From contig OY729426.1 of assembly GCA_963422365.1 (NCBI GenBank), positions 1,312,001 to 1,376,000 on the forward strand: a stretch of DNA of 64,000 nucleotides. Direction: 5' to 3'. Under the pieces are notes generated by a model that was not told the DNA's origin, made no database searches, and worked only from the letters and a program-made list of their open reading frames with translations. Source of the DNA: Nitrospirales bacterium (GTDB lineage: Bacteria; Nitrospirota; Nitrospiria; Nitrospirales; UBA8639). Shown piece by piece: positions 11,433 through 22,500 of the stretch. Every line of letters starts with the position of its first letter. Within the stretch, counting starts at the first letter, position 1. The translations under genes and the position numbers were made by a program.

Positions 11433-12155
11433 ATGATAGTCATCCCTGCAATTGATTTAAAAGATGGGCGATGCGTGCGCCTCCGACAAGGCGACATGAC
11501 GCAAGAGACGACCTATTCTCATGATCCGGCGGCCATGGCCCGGCAATGGGAAGCCTTAGGCGCTCAACGGTTGCATATCGTCGATCTCGATGGCGCGGTC
11601 AACGGGAAACCACACAATATGGAGCAGGTGCGTGCGATTGCCGATGCCGTTTCCATCCCGATTCACGTGGGCGGCGGGATCCGATCATTAGCCGTCATGA
11701 AAGACTATTTCTCCCATGGCGTCAGTCGGGTGGTGTTGGGAACGGCTGCCTTAGAAAATACGGCGTTTCTTGCCCACGCCTGTGAACGTTTTCCCGATAA
11801 AATTTTTGTCGGGGTTGACGTCAAACGGGGAAAAGTCGCATTGCATGGATGGACGAATCTTTCAGAGTCAACGGCTGAGCACGTGTTGGCCTCCTTGAAG
11901 GCGTATCCCCTTGCCGGGGTCATCTTTACGGAGATCAGTCGTGACGGCATGTTGGAGGGGCCGAATATGTCGGCTCTGCGGGATGCGGTTCAGGCTTCTC
12001 CGTTTCCTCTGATCGCCTCCGGGGGAATCACGCGTGTAGAGGATATTCGCGCGATTAAACAGGTAGGGCAAAAGATCATAGGCGTCATTGTCGGCAAGGC
12101 CTTCTACGAAGGCACGTTAGATCTCCCTGCAGCGTTGGCCGAGGCTCGGGCGTGA
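11433..12155 (+). CDS. hisA: ProFAR isomerase
   Basis: [25 protein letters not shown] and GGGIRS. Confidence 0.97.
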   Translation: MIVIPAIDLKDGRCVRLRQGDMTQETTYSHDPAAMARQWEALGAQRLHIVDLDGAVNGKPHNMEQVRAIADAVSIPIHVGGGIRSLAVMKDYFSHGVSRVVLGTAALENTAFLAHACERFPDKIFVGVDVKRGKVALHGWTNLSESTAEHVLASLKAYPLAGVIFTEISRDGMLEGPNMSALRDAVQASPFPLIASGGITRVEDIRAIKQVGQKIIGVIVGKAFYEGTLDLPAALAEARA

Positions 12156-12171
12156 AACGAACAGACGGACG

Positions 12172-12963
12172 ATGTTGACCAAACGCATTATTCCTTGTTT
12201 GGATGTGAAGGATGGCCGAGTGGTCAAGGGCGTCAGCTTTGTGAATCTTCGTGACGCTGGCGATCCGGTCGAGGTCGCAACGATCTATGATCAAGCCGGT
12301 GCGGATGAACTTTGCTTTTTAGATATCACCGCGTCTCATGAAAATCGAGACACCCTTCTGGATATCGTGTCCCGGACGGCCGAGCAGGTGTTTATGCCGC
12401 TCACGGTCGGCGGCGGGATCCGGACACTCGAAAATATTCGGCAATTGCTGAATGCAGGGGCGGATAAAGTCAGTATCAATACGGCTGCCGTTGAAACCCC
12501 GACGTTTGTGACGGACGCCGCGCATCGATTCGGCTCCCAATGTATTGTGGTCGCGATTGATGCAAAACAGGTCACCTCCAAGGCAGCGGGCCTCGCGCGA
12601 TGGGAAATTTTCACCCATGGGGGGCGCAATCCTACGGGGTTGGATGCCGTTGTCTGGGCCCAACAGATGGAGCAGAAAGGGGCCGGTGAAATCCTGTTGA
12701 CCTCAATGGATCAAGACGGCACCAAAGACGGCTATGACTTGCCTTTGACCAGGGCCGTTTCAGAAGCCGTCTCCATTCCGGTCATCGCGTCCGGCGGGGC
12801 TGGAACCGTGGATCATCTCTATGAGGCCTTGGGAGAAGGGAAGGCCGATGCCGTGCTGGCAGCCTCGATTTTTCATTATCAAACCTATAGCATCAGTGAA
12901 GCGAAAACCTATCTCAAGGATCACGGGCTTCCCGTGCGTATTGTGAATGGCCATGGAATCTGA
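12172..12963 (+). CDS. hisF: Imidazole glycerol phosphate synthase, cyclase subunit
   Basis: [16 protein letters not shown] and [11 protein letters not shown]. Confidence 0.98.
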   Translation: MLTKRIIPCLDVKDGRVVKGVSFVNLRDAGDPVEVATIYDQAGADELCFLDITASHENRDTLLDIVSRTAEQVFMPLTVGGGIRTLENIRQLLNAGADKVSINTAAVETPTFVTDAAHRFGSQCIVVAIDAKQVTSKAAGLARWEIFTHGGRNPTGLDAVVWAQQMEQKGAGEILLTSMDQDGTKDGYDLPLTRAVSEAVSIPVIASGGAGTVDHLYEALGEGKADAVLAASIFHYQTYSISEAKTYLKDHGLPVRIVNGHGI

Positions 12964-13651
12964 CCGAAGCATGGTCCTCAACGACCTCAGGATTCAGTTC
13001 GATGAACAAGGGCTGGTGCCTGCTATTGTCCAGGATTGGCGTGACGGCGCAGTCCTGATGTTGGGATATATGAATCAGCAAGCACTCGAACAGACGTTGC
13101 AAACAGGGTCTGTGCACTTCTGGAGCCGTTCGAGACGGCAACTCTGGAAAAAAGGGGAAACCTCCGGTCATGATCTGCTCTGTAAACGAGTGTTTCTTGA
13201 TTGTGACGGGGATACCCTGTTGGTCAAAGCCGAACCCGTTGGGCCCACGTGTCATACAGAGGCGCGAACGTGCTTTTTTACTGAAGTGACGCCCCACAGT
13301 GTCGCGACTACTCAGGTTGGCGAAGAAGCGAATGGAGGCATTTTCGACCGATTGTATGAAATGGCCCTGCAACGGAAGTCTCATCCGCAAGAGCACTCGT
13401 ATGTTTCGTCCTTGATGAAGGACGGGCCCGACCGAATTCTGAAAAAAGTCGTGGAGGAAGCCGGCGAAGTCCTGTTAGCCGTGAAGAAGGAGCACAGGGA
13501 AGAAGTCATTCATGAGGTGGCAGATTTGTTCTTTCATTCCATCGTGGTATTGGGGCATTGTGAAATTCCCATGACGGCTATTCAGCAAGAACTTGGCAAA
13601 CGATTTGGCCAATCGGGTACCAGAGATACGGGATCAGAGCCGTCCCAGTAA
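12947..13651 (+). CDS. hisIE: Bifunctional phosphoribosyl-AMP cyclohydrolase / phosphoribosyl-ATP pyrophosphatase
   Basis: [28 protein letters not shown] and EVADLFFH. Confidence 0.96.
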   Translation: MAMESDRSMVLNDLRIQFDEQGLVPAIVQDWRDGAVLMLGYMNQQALEQTLQTGSVHFWSRSRRQLWKKGETSGHDLLCKRVFLDCDGDTLLVKAEPVGPTCHTEARTCFFTEVTPHSVATTQVGEEANGGIFDRLYEMALQRKSHPQEHSYVSSLMKDGPDRILKKVVEEAGEVLLAVKKEHREEVIHEVADLFFHSIVVLGHCEIPMTAIQQELGKRFGQSGTRDTGSEPSQ

Positions 13652-13679
13652 AAGATGTCGCGTTTCTCTTTTCTGCCGG

Positions 13680-13708
13680 TTGACTTGACCGAAGATCCTT
13701 GATATAAT
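13680..13708 (+). promoter_or_regulatory. Sigma70 promoter for dnaG-rpoD
   Basis: TTGACT-N17-TATAAT about 80 bp upstream of dnaG. Confidence 0.75.
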
Positions 13709-13788
13709 TAAAAATTATTATTTTACAATAAGTTGAGACAGTTCAGCTCTTCAAAAAGAGGGTACCGCGAAGGCTTCGGAGAAAACCC

Positions 13789-15630
13789 TTGATAACTGCA
13801 CGAGCTGGAATCCCTCCTGCTACCCTTCAACAAATCCGTGACTCTATTGATATTGTGGACATGGTGTCCCGCTATATCACTTTGTCGAAAACGGGTCAAA
13901 ACCTTCGTGGGCTTTGTCCTTTTCACCATGAAAAAACGCCTTCTTTGACCGTCACCCCCGCACGGCAAATGTTTTACTGTTTTGGATGTGGAGTAGGAGG
14001 CGATATCTTCACCTTCCTGATGCGGAAGGAAGGGTTAGAGTTTTTGGAGGCGGTCAAAGATCTTGCCGAGCGAGCGGGAATCCCTCTTCCTCCGGATGCG
14101 TCACAGGGTTTTTCGCAATCTCAAACAGGTCAACGGAAAAAGTTGGAAGGCCTCCATGCCTTAGCCAATACGTGGTTTCAGCAGAATCTGTATGATCCTT
14201 CGAAAGGCCGATCTGCCTTGGCGTACCTTGCCGATCGAGGTCTTGAGTTGAGTAACCTGAAAGCGTTCGGTATGGGGTATGCACTGCCTTCGTGGGATGG
14301 GCTCACCAACTATTTGACCAGACAAGGGGCGGCCCCTTCCGATCTGGAGGCCTCGGGCTTGGTGGTGTCAAAAAATTCTCAAAATCCCTCGAAGTCTGCA
14401 AGGTTTTATGACCGTTTTCGAGGGCGGGTCATGATCCCGATTTGCGACCTTCGCGCACACGTGATTGCGTTTGGCGGTCGCGTGTTCGAAGACGGAACCC
14501 CCAAATATCTCAATTCTCCGGACACGGTGCTCTTTCAAAAGGGACGTGTGTTGTATGGATTGCACAAGGCACGTGAAACGAGCCATCACCTTGACTCGCT
14601 GATTCTCGTCGAAGGCTACTTTGATGTGTTGGCGCTGCATCAGGCGGGCATTCGTCACGTTGCCGCGCCTTTAGGAACCGCACTCACACCCGAGCATGCC
14701 ACCTTGCTCCGTCGATTCGTCAACACCGTTGTGTTGATCTTTGACGGCGATGCGGCAGGGACGGGTGCGGTGTTACGCGCCCTGGATGTGTTTCGCAATA
14801 GCGGGGTCACCGTCAAGGTCGTCGTCATGCCTCAGGGGCATGATCCTGATTCGTATGTTCGGGCTCATGGTGCAGAAGGTTTTCTCGCGTTGCAGGATCA
14901 AGCCCTGACGTTGTTGGAGTTCGCCGTGGCACAATGTCTGGAAGGTGCGACGCACGCAACGATTGAAGAACGAACTCGACGAGTCGACGACATACTCAGA
15001 ATCATGGCCAACGTCTCGAATCCTATTGAAAAAAATGAACAGATCCAACGAGTCGCTGAACGACTAGGGGTCAGACCGCAACTTCTTCTCGACCGCTATT
15101 CCACCGTGCTCGATCGTCAGCAAGGCGTTTTTTCCCGACGCCAGGGGAAATCGTCAATGCCACCCTCTCGCAATCGACGAAACGAACAAAGGGAATTTCG
15201 AGAGGAACGTGAAATCGTCTCGTTGATGGTGCAAGGGGGATTGCATCCAGAACATCTCAAAGATCTGCGTCCTGAGGATTTTCAGTCGCCCCTCTATCGC
15301 CAGCTTGTGGAGATAGGGTTGCGGCATCTCGATGCGGAAGGTGGGATCGATTTCCCTGGATTTTTCGCGGAAACCAGTTCTGATGAGACGTGTCGTGATT
15401 CGGTTGCGGAGTTAGCTCTGTCCGTTACGTATTTTGAGGACCAGTATGAGTATATTCAAGGTTGTTTGAGAGTGTTGGTGCAAAGAAACTTGAAAACCCG
15501 TCTAGATGAACTGATTGCTCAGCTTCGAATTGCCGAACGAGAACAACGAACGGGTGAAGTGGATCATCTTAATTCCCAAATCGAAGCGTTGCGTGGAAGA
15601 AAAGCCGGGTTAGCCTCCTCCCCACTGTAG
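13789..15630 (+). CDS. dnaG: DNA primase
   Basis: CPFH..CFGC zinc finger, DRFRGR, PKYLNSP, EGYFD and FDGD. Confidence 0.98.
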   Translation: MITARAGIPPATLQQIRDSIDIVDMVSRYITLSKTGQNLRGLCPFHHEKTPSLTVTPARQMFYCFGCGVGGDIFTFLMRKEGLEFLEAVKDLAERAGIPLPPDASQGFSQSQTGQRKKLEGLHALANTWFQQNLYDPSKGRSALAYLADRGLELSNLKAFGMGYALPSWDGLTNYLTRQGAAPSDLEASGLVVSKNSQNPSKSARFYDRFRGRVMIPICDLRAHVIAFGGRVFEDGTPKYLNSPDTVLFQKGRVLYGLHKARETSHHLDSLILVEGYFDVLALHQAGIRHVAAPLGTALTPEHATLLRRFVNTVVLIFDGDAAGTGAVLRALDVFRNSGVTVKVVVMPQGHDPDSYVRAHGAEGFLALQDQALTLLEFAVAQCLEGATHATIEERTRRVDDILRIMANVSNPIEKNEQIQRVAERLGVRPQLLLDRYSTVLDRQQGVFSRRQGKSSMPPSRNRRNEQREFREEREIVSLMVQGGLHPEHLKDLRPEDFQSPLYRQLVEIGLRHLDAEGGIDFPGFFAETSSDETCRDSVAELALSVTYFEDQYEYIQGCLRVLVQRNLKTRLDELIAQLRIAEREQRTGEVDHLNSQIEALRGRKAGLASSPL

Positions 15631-15649
15631 CATCAGGATAAGGGCCCTT

Positions 15650-17368
15650 ATGGCAAAGACTATCGTCGCCAAGATACGGAAAGAAGAGTTGATTTTTAAA
15701 AAAAAGAGCAACCGGTTGGTGGGACAGAAGGTGCGATCATCATCCACAAAGGTTGGTCCCTCTGGCGTCCAACACCAGAATCTGTTTGCCTCCCCCGGAG
15801 GCTCCGTTCAGAAACGCATAACGGGCGGGCAGTCACAGACTCAATCTCTTTCTGAAACGCCATTTGAGCCAGCTTCGGGTTCCGAGAAAACCGAGAAACA
15901 GGAAGATGTATTGGAAAAGAATGCCCAGGAAATTGATCTCAACCCTGGTGATTTGAGTCGAACGGATGATCCTGTCCGGCTGTATTTGCGAGAGATGGGA
16001 AGCGTGCCGTTACTCACCCGGGAAGGGGAGATTGAGGTAGCGAAGAAGATTGAGGAAGGCAAAGATGAGATGACGTTGGTGCTGGCGGGGCTGCCGATGA
16101 CCTGGGAGGGGCTGGACAGGTGGAGGGGGCAACTGAAGAAGCGAGTTGTGCGCGTGGGCGAGGTGGTTCTGGTGCGTGATCCTGCGGAAGACGAAGACCT
16201 GGAGGAGCCGGAGTTAGCGGAAGCGCAAGAAGAAGGGCTTCGGCAAGAGGCGCTGATCGGGCTGGAGGAGGTGAGGCGGTTAGGCAAGACCCTGGGACGG
16301 CTGTATGAGCGGCGGCGGGCGGCCCCGGCTGAGCAGCACGTGCGGTGGGCCAAACGGGTGCAGGCGGTGCAGCAGCAGGTGGTGGCCCGGGTGGAGGCGT
16401 TGCATTTGCAACCGGCTGTGCGAGAGCAGTTGGTCATGCAGATCAAAGAAGCGGGCCGGGCGGTGCGGAGTGCGGAGCGGGTGTTGCGGGAGAGGAGAGA
16501 GGGGCCGGGCCGGCCGGGGGGGACGAGGCGGCAAGACGCGCAGGCCACGCTCAAGCGGGTAGAGCAAGAAGAGACGTGGTTACCGACCGCCGAGTTTACC
16601 TGCGCGCTGGCGGGGTTAGAAGGGGCTGAAGAAAAGATGAAGCGGGGGAAAGCGGAGTTAATCGAAGCGAATTTGCGGTTAGTGGTGAGTATTGCCAAGA
16701 AATACACGAATCGGGGGTTGCAGTTTTTAGACCTGATCCAGGAAGGCAACATTGGCCTCATGAAAGCCGTGGACAAGTTTGAATACCAGCGGGGGTACAA
16801 GTTCAGCACGTATGCGACGTGGTGGATTCGGCAAGCGATCACGCGAGCGATTGCTGACCAAGCTCGGACGATCCGGATTCCGGTGCACATGATCGAAACG
16901 ATCAACAAGCTGGTACGGACCTCGCGGCATTTGGTGCAACAGTTGGGGCGGGAGCCGACCCCGGAAGAGATTGGGGTGCGGATGGAGATGCCGTTAGAGA
17001 AAGTCCGGAAGATTTTGAAGATTGCGAAGGAGCCGATTTCGCTGGAGACGCCGATTGGCGAAGAAGAAGACAGTCATTTAGGGGACTTCATTGAAGACAA
17101 GAAGGCGGTGTCGCCGTTAGAGGCGGCGGTGCGGTATGACTTGCAGCGGCACATTGGGCAGTCGTTGGACTCGTTAACGCCGCGGGAGGAGCAGGTGTTG
17201 CGGAAGCGGTTTGGGATCGGGGAGGCGACGGATCACACGTTAGAAGAAGTGGGGCAGGACTTTGAGGTGACGCGGGAGCGGATCCGGCAGATTGAAGCCA
17301 AGGCCTTACGCAAACTCCGCCACCCGACCCGGAGCAAAAAATTGCGCAGTTTCGCCGAAGGATTTTAA
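15650..17368 (+). CDS. rpoD: RNA polymerase sigma factor RpoD with atypical N-terminus
   Basis: [44 protein letters not shown] and [13 protein letters not shown]; follows dnaG. Confidence 0.95.
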   Translation: MAKTIVAKIRKEELIFKKKSNRLVGQKVRSSSTKVGPSGVQHQNLFASPGGSVQKRITGGQSQTQSLSETPFEPASGSEKTEKQEDVLEKNAQEIDLNPGDLSRTDDPVRLYLREMGSVPLLTREGEIEVAKKIEEGKDEMTLVLAGLPMTWEGLDRWRGQLKKRVVRVGEVVLVRDPAEDEDLEEPELAEAQEEGLRQEALIGLEEVRRLGKTLGRLYERRRAAPAEQHVRWAKRVQAVQQQVVARVEALHLQPAVREQLVMQIKEAGRAVRSAERVLRERREGPGRPGGTRRQDAQATLKRVEQEETWLPTAEFTCALAGLEGAEEKMKRGKAELIEANLRLVVSIAKKYTNRGLQFLDLIQEGNIGLMKAVDKFEYQRGYKFSTYATWWIRQAITRAIADQARTIRIPVHMIETINKLVRTSRHLVQQLGREPTPEEIGVRMEMPLEKVRKILKIAKEPISLETPIGEEEDSHLGDFIEDKKAVSPLEAAVRYDLQRHIGQSLDSLTPREEQVLRKRFGIGEATDHTLEEVGQDFEVTRERIRQIEAKALRKLRHPTRSKKLRSFAEGF

Positions 17369-17384
17369 TCTTTGGAAACAGGGG

Positions 17385-17420
17385 AAAGGGTCTTGCACAT
17401 TCGTGCAAGACCCTTTTTTT
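17385..17420 (+). terminator. Intrinsic terminator after rpoD
   Basis: aaagggtcttgcac-attc-gtgcaagaccctt followed by a T run. Confidence 0.9.
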
Positions 17421-17598
17421 ATCATGCGGAATCAAGTCAAGTTCGTGAGGTTTTTTCGTGTGGATCGATGAGGAATCGTAAGCCGGGGTAAATAGAGCAT
17501 CTCACGAGCGCTTTACTTTTCGACAAGGGCGAAGGTACCCTTTTGAGGTTCCTGTAAATGAAATTTCTCGGAACCAGCCGAATGGTTGACCTAGCCTG

Positions 17599-19290
17599 AT
17601 GAATCGAACTGAACGAAGACGACAAGCCAAGTTGACGGCCAAGTCTCCAGCATCGTCCAACGCGGTGTTTGTGAAACAAATGTTTGAGGAGGCGATCAAC
17701 CATCATCAGGGGGGTCGCTTGTCTCAGGCCGAAACCTGTTATCAAAAAATCCTCACGGAGGATCCTGCCCATGCCGATGCCCTTCATTTGCTCGGGTTAA
17801 TTGCGTACCAGCAAGCCCAGTATGGTCGAGCCCTCGATTTGATCACGAAGGCTATTCAACACAATGCGACAAAGCCTCTCTATTTTTACAACCGGGGACT
17901 CATCCATCAACAACTCAATCAATTACATGAGGCTGAACAGTCCTACCGACAAGCCCTCTCGCTCAAATCCGATTATGTCGAGGCATTGGGGAATCTGGGG
18001 AATGTCTTACGCGAAAAAGGCGAATTGGATGCGGCCTGTGCGACCTATAAACAGGTCTTGACGGTGAAGCCTGATTATCCGGAAGGATATAACAATCTGG
18101 GCGTGGTCCTCAAAGAACAAGGCAAGGGAGACGAAGCAAAGGACGCGTATCAACGGGCCATTGCTCTCAATCCTGAAAATGCCGAGGCACACTACAATCT
18201 CGGCGTGATGCTGTTTGAACGGGAACAGATTGACGAGGCAATCGCTCGGTTCCAACAAGCCGTGTCCATCAAATCCCATTACGCGAAGGCCCATCATCAT
18301 CTGGGATTAGCTCAATTGTGGAAACAGAATGTGGAGGGAGCCTTGCACGAACTCCGCACGTCGGCTCATCTGATGCAAAACCATGGAAGAGCCGTGCCGG
18401 TTGATACGTTCTATTCTTCTCGGATTAAGCACGATGCAGAGCAAATACACTACTTGGCCGAACACGGAGTGTTGAGGCGGACCGATTCCCCATACGAAGT
18501 CACCCTCTCTGCCTTACGACAGAGGGTGTTACGAGCAGGGCAGGCGAATCAGCGAATCCCTCTCAGTCAGGAAGACGCGCAGGCTCTCGCTCCGTCAGTG
18601 AATCGAATTCTGCATTATGCCGACAATCCTGCATTGTTTCAGGGAGCGTTGAATCCGGCATTGGACGTAGAAGATATTGAGCGACGCTATCATGCGAGTC
18701 GCCCTGAAATCATTTATGTCGATGCGTTGTTGCGGCCAGAAGCACTCAAGGCCCTTCGGCAATTTTGCTGGGAATCGACGATCTGGAAGAAAGATTATGA
18801 AGACGGCTACATCGGAGCGTTTCTCGGTGAAGGGTTTTCCTCACCGTTGTTGTTGCAAGTGGCGGAAGAATTACGCACCGCTTTTCCGGGAATCTTTCAC
18901 CAACATCGATTGCTCCAAGCCTGGGCGTTTAAACAAGATAGTACCCGTCGTCCCTTGAAAATTCACGCCGATGCGGCGGCCGTCAATGTCAATTTTTGGA
19001 TAACCCCCGATGAAGCGAATCTCGATCCTACGAGTGGAGGGCTGATCGTGTGGGATAAAGAAGCCCCACGGGAGTGGGATTTCAAGGCATATAATTCTAC
19101 GGCGTTTCAGCCGAAGATTCGGGAGTTCTTGGAACAAAGCGGCGCGTCACCGGTGAAGGTTCCCTATCGAGAAAACCGGGCCTTAATCTTCAATTCTGAC
19201 CTCTTTCATGAATCAGACAACTGTGTGTTTCGAGACGAGTATGAATCACGGCGAATCAACATCACCTTCCTGTATGGCCGACGACGCTGA
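17599..19290 (+). CDS. TPR-repeat protein with C-terminal 2OG-Fe(II) oxygenase-like domain
   Basis: About 6-7 TPR units (e.g. ALGNLGNVL..G..A...Y); C-terminal HAD (HxD), distal LFH and RINITFLY. Confidence 0.8.
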   Translation: MNRTERRRQAKLTAKSPASSNAVFVKQMFEEAINHHQGGRLSQAETCYQKILTEDPAHADALHLLGLIAYQQAQYGRALDLITKAIQHNATKPLYFYNRGLIHQQLNQLHEAEQSYRQALSLKSDYVEALGNLGNVLREKGELDAACATYKQVLTVKPDYPEGYNNLGVVLKEQGKGDEAKDAYQRAIALNPENAEAHYNLGVMLFEREQIDEAIARFQQAVSIKSHYAKAHHHLGLAQLWKQNVEGALHELRTSAHLMQNHGRAVPVDTFYSSRIKHDAEQIHYLAEHGVLRRTDSPYEVTLSALRQRVLRAGQANQRIPLSQEDAQALAPSVNRILHYADNPALFQGALNPALDVEDIERRYHASRPEIIYVDALLRPEALKALRQFCWESTIWKKDYEDGYIGAFLGEGFSSPLLLQVAEELRTAFPGIFHQHRLLQAWAFKQDSTRRPLKIHADAAAVNVNFWITPDEANLDPTSGGLIVWDKEAPREWDFKAYNSTAFQPKIREFLEQSGASPVKVPYRENRALIFNSDLFHESDNCVFRDEYESRRINITFLYGRRR

Positions 19291-19459
19291 CAACGTGATT
19301 GGATCGGCCGAATCGTGCATTGCATTATCAGTCGCCAGCAGAATGTGAGCAGATGGCTTACATTCGTCTGTTATTGAAAAATAACGGGGGTTTGCACTCA
19401 AAGACAGTAAAATAGTGCATGGGTAACTTCCATGGAGATTTTAACAGGATAGAGAATCA

Positions 19460-20470
19460 ATGCCCGCCCTACCCCCGGAAGGAATCGTTCAAGCAATAGA
19501 GGAGGCTTTCACTGACTCCGCAGCGTCGGCTGTTTTGGTGTCGAAGCCTGGAGCAAATCCTCGACGATTTTACGTTATGGCCGGGGACGTCTCGCTTTCT
19601 GTTTGGATATACATCTGGATGTTGACTCATGGGGGTGGAGCCGCTCGTCCGGTTGACGAATACCGCATACAACTTACGTCGGTCATTCCCCCTTTGCCGG
19701 AAAACCCCGATGGCCCTACGCTATTGTTGGGGTATGAACCGGATACCAAGTGCTTTGCCGGGTTTGATCCTGGAAAACTTCGAATGTTTTCAACTCAATC
19801 TCCTTCCATCCAGATAACTATCAATACGCTGAGGGAGGCCGGCAGGGATGGTTTTGCCTTTGTGCGGAAGGGTAACGATGAAATTGCCGTCGGGTTTCGT
19901 CCCGATAATATGCTCGCATATTGTGCAAATTATGAAAGCCTGCACGAGAACGGGGCCGATATCACAGTGTCCAATTTGTTATCCAGAGTCGGAAGGCTCG
20001 AATCCGTAACGGATGATGAGATCAACAAGTTACCAGCCGACAGGAGACGAATTCTGACGAAATTATCGCACCTTGTCCGAGACAGTAATTTTAGAAGAAA
20101 GGTCACCGTTGCCTACGACCGAAAGTGTTGCGTAACCGGATTGCAACTACGGCTCATTGATGCTGCACACATTTTGCCCGTTGGTGTGGAAAAGAGCACC
20201 GATGGCGTTCAAAACGGATTGTGTCTTTCTCCCACTTATCACAGGGCGTATGACCGCAAGCTGATCTACCTCACGGAGGAGCGCCGAATGCTGATCAATC
20301 CTCGAGAGAAGGAGAAACTCGTCCAACTTGGTCTAGGTGGGGGTCTTCAAGAGTTCGAGTCACACCTTGGCAGAGAAATATTCCTTCCACCGGACAGGAG
20401 CCAATGGCCCCGAGTGGAGTTCATCCGTTCTGCAAACGAATTTCGGGAAATCTGCTCAACGGCTCTCTAA
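19460..20470 (+). CDS. HNH restriction-type endonuclease with an extra N-terminal domain
   Basis: RDSNFRRKV.AY..CCVTG, DAAHI and NGLCLSPTYHRAYD (HNH_2-like); N-terminal THGG..RP.DEYRIQ domain. Confidence 0.85.
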   Translation: MPALPPEGIVQAIEEAFTDSAASAVLVSKPGANPRRFYVMAGDVSLSVWIYIWMLTHGGGAARPVDEYRIQLTSVIPPLPENPDGPTLLLGYEPDTKCFAGFDPGKLRMFSTQSPSIQITINTLREAGRDGFAFVRKGNDEIAVGFRPDNMLAYCANYESLHENGADITVSNLLSRVGRLESVTDDEINKLPADRRRILTKLSHLVRDSNFRRKVTVAYDRKCCVTGLQLRLIDAAHILPVGVEKSTDGVQNGLCLSPTYHRAYDRKLIYLTEERRMLINPREKEKLVQLGLGGGLQEFESHLGREIFLPPDRSQWPRVEFIRSANEFREICSTAL

Positions 20471-20519
20471 TAATGCCGAGCCCTTCCCCATAAGTTTATT
20501 GGCGTATTACAAAAAATCG

Positions 20520-20547
20520 TTGACAAGATTTGTTTTTGTATTACAAT
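20520..20547 (+). promoter_or_regulatory. Sigma70 promoter overlapped by the palindrome TTGTA-T-TACAA
   Basis: TTGACA (20520-25), 16-bp spacer, TACAAT (20542-47); ATG at 20554. Confidence 0.6.
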
Positions 20548-20553
20548 TTTCGT

Positions 20554-21783
20554 ATGGCTCGTCCAAAAACTGAAAACCCCCGCAAAAGGCTCGTCAGTTT
20601 CCGACTCACAGATACCGAGTATTCGAAGATGCAAGGAGCGGCGGAGATGGCCGGATATCATTCGCTGAGCAGTTACCTTCGCTATCTGCATGACGACCAT
20701 AGGCTTGCATCCCAAGCACCGGAGGTGAAAGAAGGTTCTCCCCTATACAGTGCGGCACAACCCGAGCGTTATCGAGAAACGGAATACGGCCAAATCTATC
20801 ATGGCGATTCTCTCGGTCTGCTCCACGAGACGTTGTCCCCAGATTCGGTGGACCTGATTATGACTTCGCCACCGTTCGGTCTTGTCAGAAAAAAGGTCTA
20901 CGGTAACGAAGACGCCGACCGATACGTGGAGTGGTTTCGACCGTTTGCCGAAGGCATGCAACGGGTATTGAAGGATCAAGGAAGTCTCGTGATTGATATT
21001 GGTGGGGCATGGAAACCTAGGACTCCTACTCGTTCGCTTTACCATTTTGAGCTCCTTATCGCGCTATGTCGGGATTACGGCTTTCATCTTTGCCAGGAAC
21101 ATTACTGGTGGAACCCTGCAAAACTCCCGACTCCCGCAGAATGGGTCAACGTAAGGCGAATACGAGTCAAGGACGCTGTCAACTGTGTCTGGTGGTTGTC
21201 GAAAACACCGTGGCCTAAGGCCTCCAATAGACGCATTCTCGCCCCATATAGCCATTCAATGAAATCGTTATTGAAGAACGGCTACAAGCCCAGGTTGCGT
21301 CCATCGGGTCATGACATTTCCGACAAATTCGAGAAGGACAACGGTGGTTCCGTTCCCCCAAACCTTTTAGCCATCGCAAACACGGAATCAAACGGGGTTT
21401 ATCAGGGCTATTGCCGTGCAAATAACCTGCCGGTGCATCCTGCAAGATTTCCAGCACGCCTTCCAGAATATTTCATTCGAATGCTTACGAATAAAGGGGA
21501 TCTCGTGGTGGATCCTTTTGGAGGGTCATGCGTCACTGGTGAGGTGGCCGAATCGCTCAGGCGCCAATGGATTTGCTGCGAATTAAACGAAGACTATCTG
21601 AAAGGTGCCCTGTCTCGATTCGTCGGTGTGAAGCCTCGATTGCCGAAAACGGATGATACGCCTTATCATGTGTATCCACCCTGTTCATTGAATGGTTCTA
21701 CAGACACTTCACCGTTTCCGGAAGACGGGGGCTTGAGGCGTGCTCCCAAAAAGTCAATACAGAAAAGTCAGCCCCTCTTTTAG
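20554..21783 (+). CDS. Beta-class (N4-C type, M.PvuII-like) DNA methyltransferase with N-terminal ribbon-helix-helix domain
   Basis: LIMTSPPF, HPARFP and DPFGGS; N-terminus RLVSFRLTDTEY..M...A..AG..SLSSYLR. Confidence 0.88.
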   Translation: MARPKTENPRKRLVSFRLTDTEYSKMQGAAEMAGYHSLSSYLRYLHDDHRLASQAPEVKEGSPLYSAAQPERYRETEYGQIYHGDSLGLLHETLSPDSVDLIMTSPPFGLVRKKVYGNEDADRYVEWFRPFAEGMQRVLKDQGSLVIDIGGAWKPRTPTRSLYHFELLIALCRDYGFHLCQEHYWWNPAKLPTPAEWVNVRRIRVKDAVNCVWWLSKTPWPKASNRRILAPYSHSMKSLLKNGYKPRLRPSGHDISDKFEKDNGGSVPPNLLAIANTESNGVYQGYCRANNLPVHPARFPARLPEYFIRMLTNKGDLVVDPFGGSCVTGEVAESLRRQWICCELNEDYLKGALSRFVGVKPRLPKTDDTPYHVYPPCSLNGSTDTSPFPEDGGLRRAPKKSIQKSQPLF

Positions 21784-21901
21784 AGCATCCTCACGAACTT
21801 GGCTCACGCCTAAGGATAGAAAAGATAAAAGGGGAGTTTCAGGAAGAAACCGATCTCCCCGCGTAATTGATGTTTTCCGCTTACGTCTGCCGTGCAGTCC
21901 G

Positions 21902-22228
21902 TCACAGGCTGATGAATCGGTCGCAGCCTGTAATGATTTGGGAGAGGACCACTAATCCGCAGAACGTCACTTCTTGACCATATCCTTCCGTAGAAACCTT
22001 GTGCTGCTGACACCCGTACGCACAGACGTTCAATCTCACGCCTGCTGAAGCCAGATTGAGGATCGTCGGGTTTTCCAGGTTTTTCACGCCCTCATCAATG
22101 AGATACAAGTAGACATTCACATGAGCGCGCAGCGCCTCATGGCTCAATCCGGCGACGACTTCCGCATTGGGATGAGAAGGTGGGGTTGACAGAAGCAATC
22201 CCAGCTTCTTGCCTGCTAAATCGTTCAT
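21902..22228 (-). CDS. DsrE/DsrF-like protein
   Basis: YLYLIDEGV, VCAYGC and C-terminal CDRFISL. Confidence 0.75.
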   Translation of the reverse strand: MNDLAGKKLGLLLSTPPSHPNAEVVAGLSHEALRAHVNVYLYLIDEGVKNLENPTILNLASAGVRLNVCAYGCQQHKVSTEGYGQEVTFCGLVVLSQIITGCDRFISL

Positions 22229-22500
22229 AGAAACCATGCACAAAGGAAAAGCACAACCGTCCTATCCGGAGACTATACTGTTGGGAAAGGGGGCGGTCAA
22301 GAGAGTCGCAGGTACGGCAGAATCGAAGAAGCGGTTATTTGAAGGAAGAGGCGTTATGAGCGTTGAATGGATTGATGGTACTGGCGAAACACGAACAGAT
22401 AGATGCTGCCATTGAGGAGAAGCACGAGGAGACCAGCCAATCGGTGATAAAAAGGTGCTGAGACTATCACTCAGAACAAAAAATCCGAGACGGCCTGAAA

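Noticed and set aside
15841..16908. 355-aa antisense ORF over rpoD
   Set aside because: Shadow ORF expected from the codon bias of the real gene; no protein-like motifs
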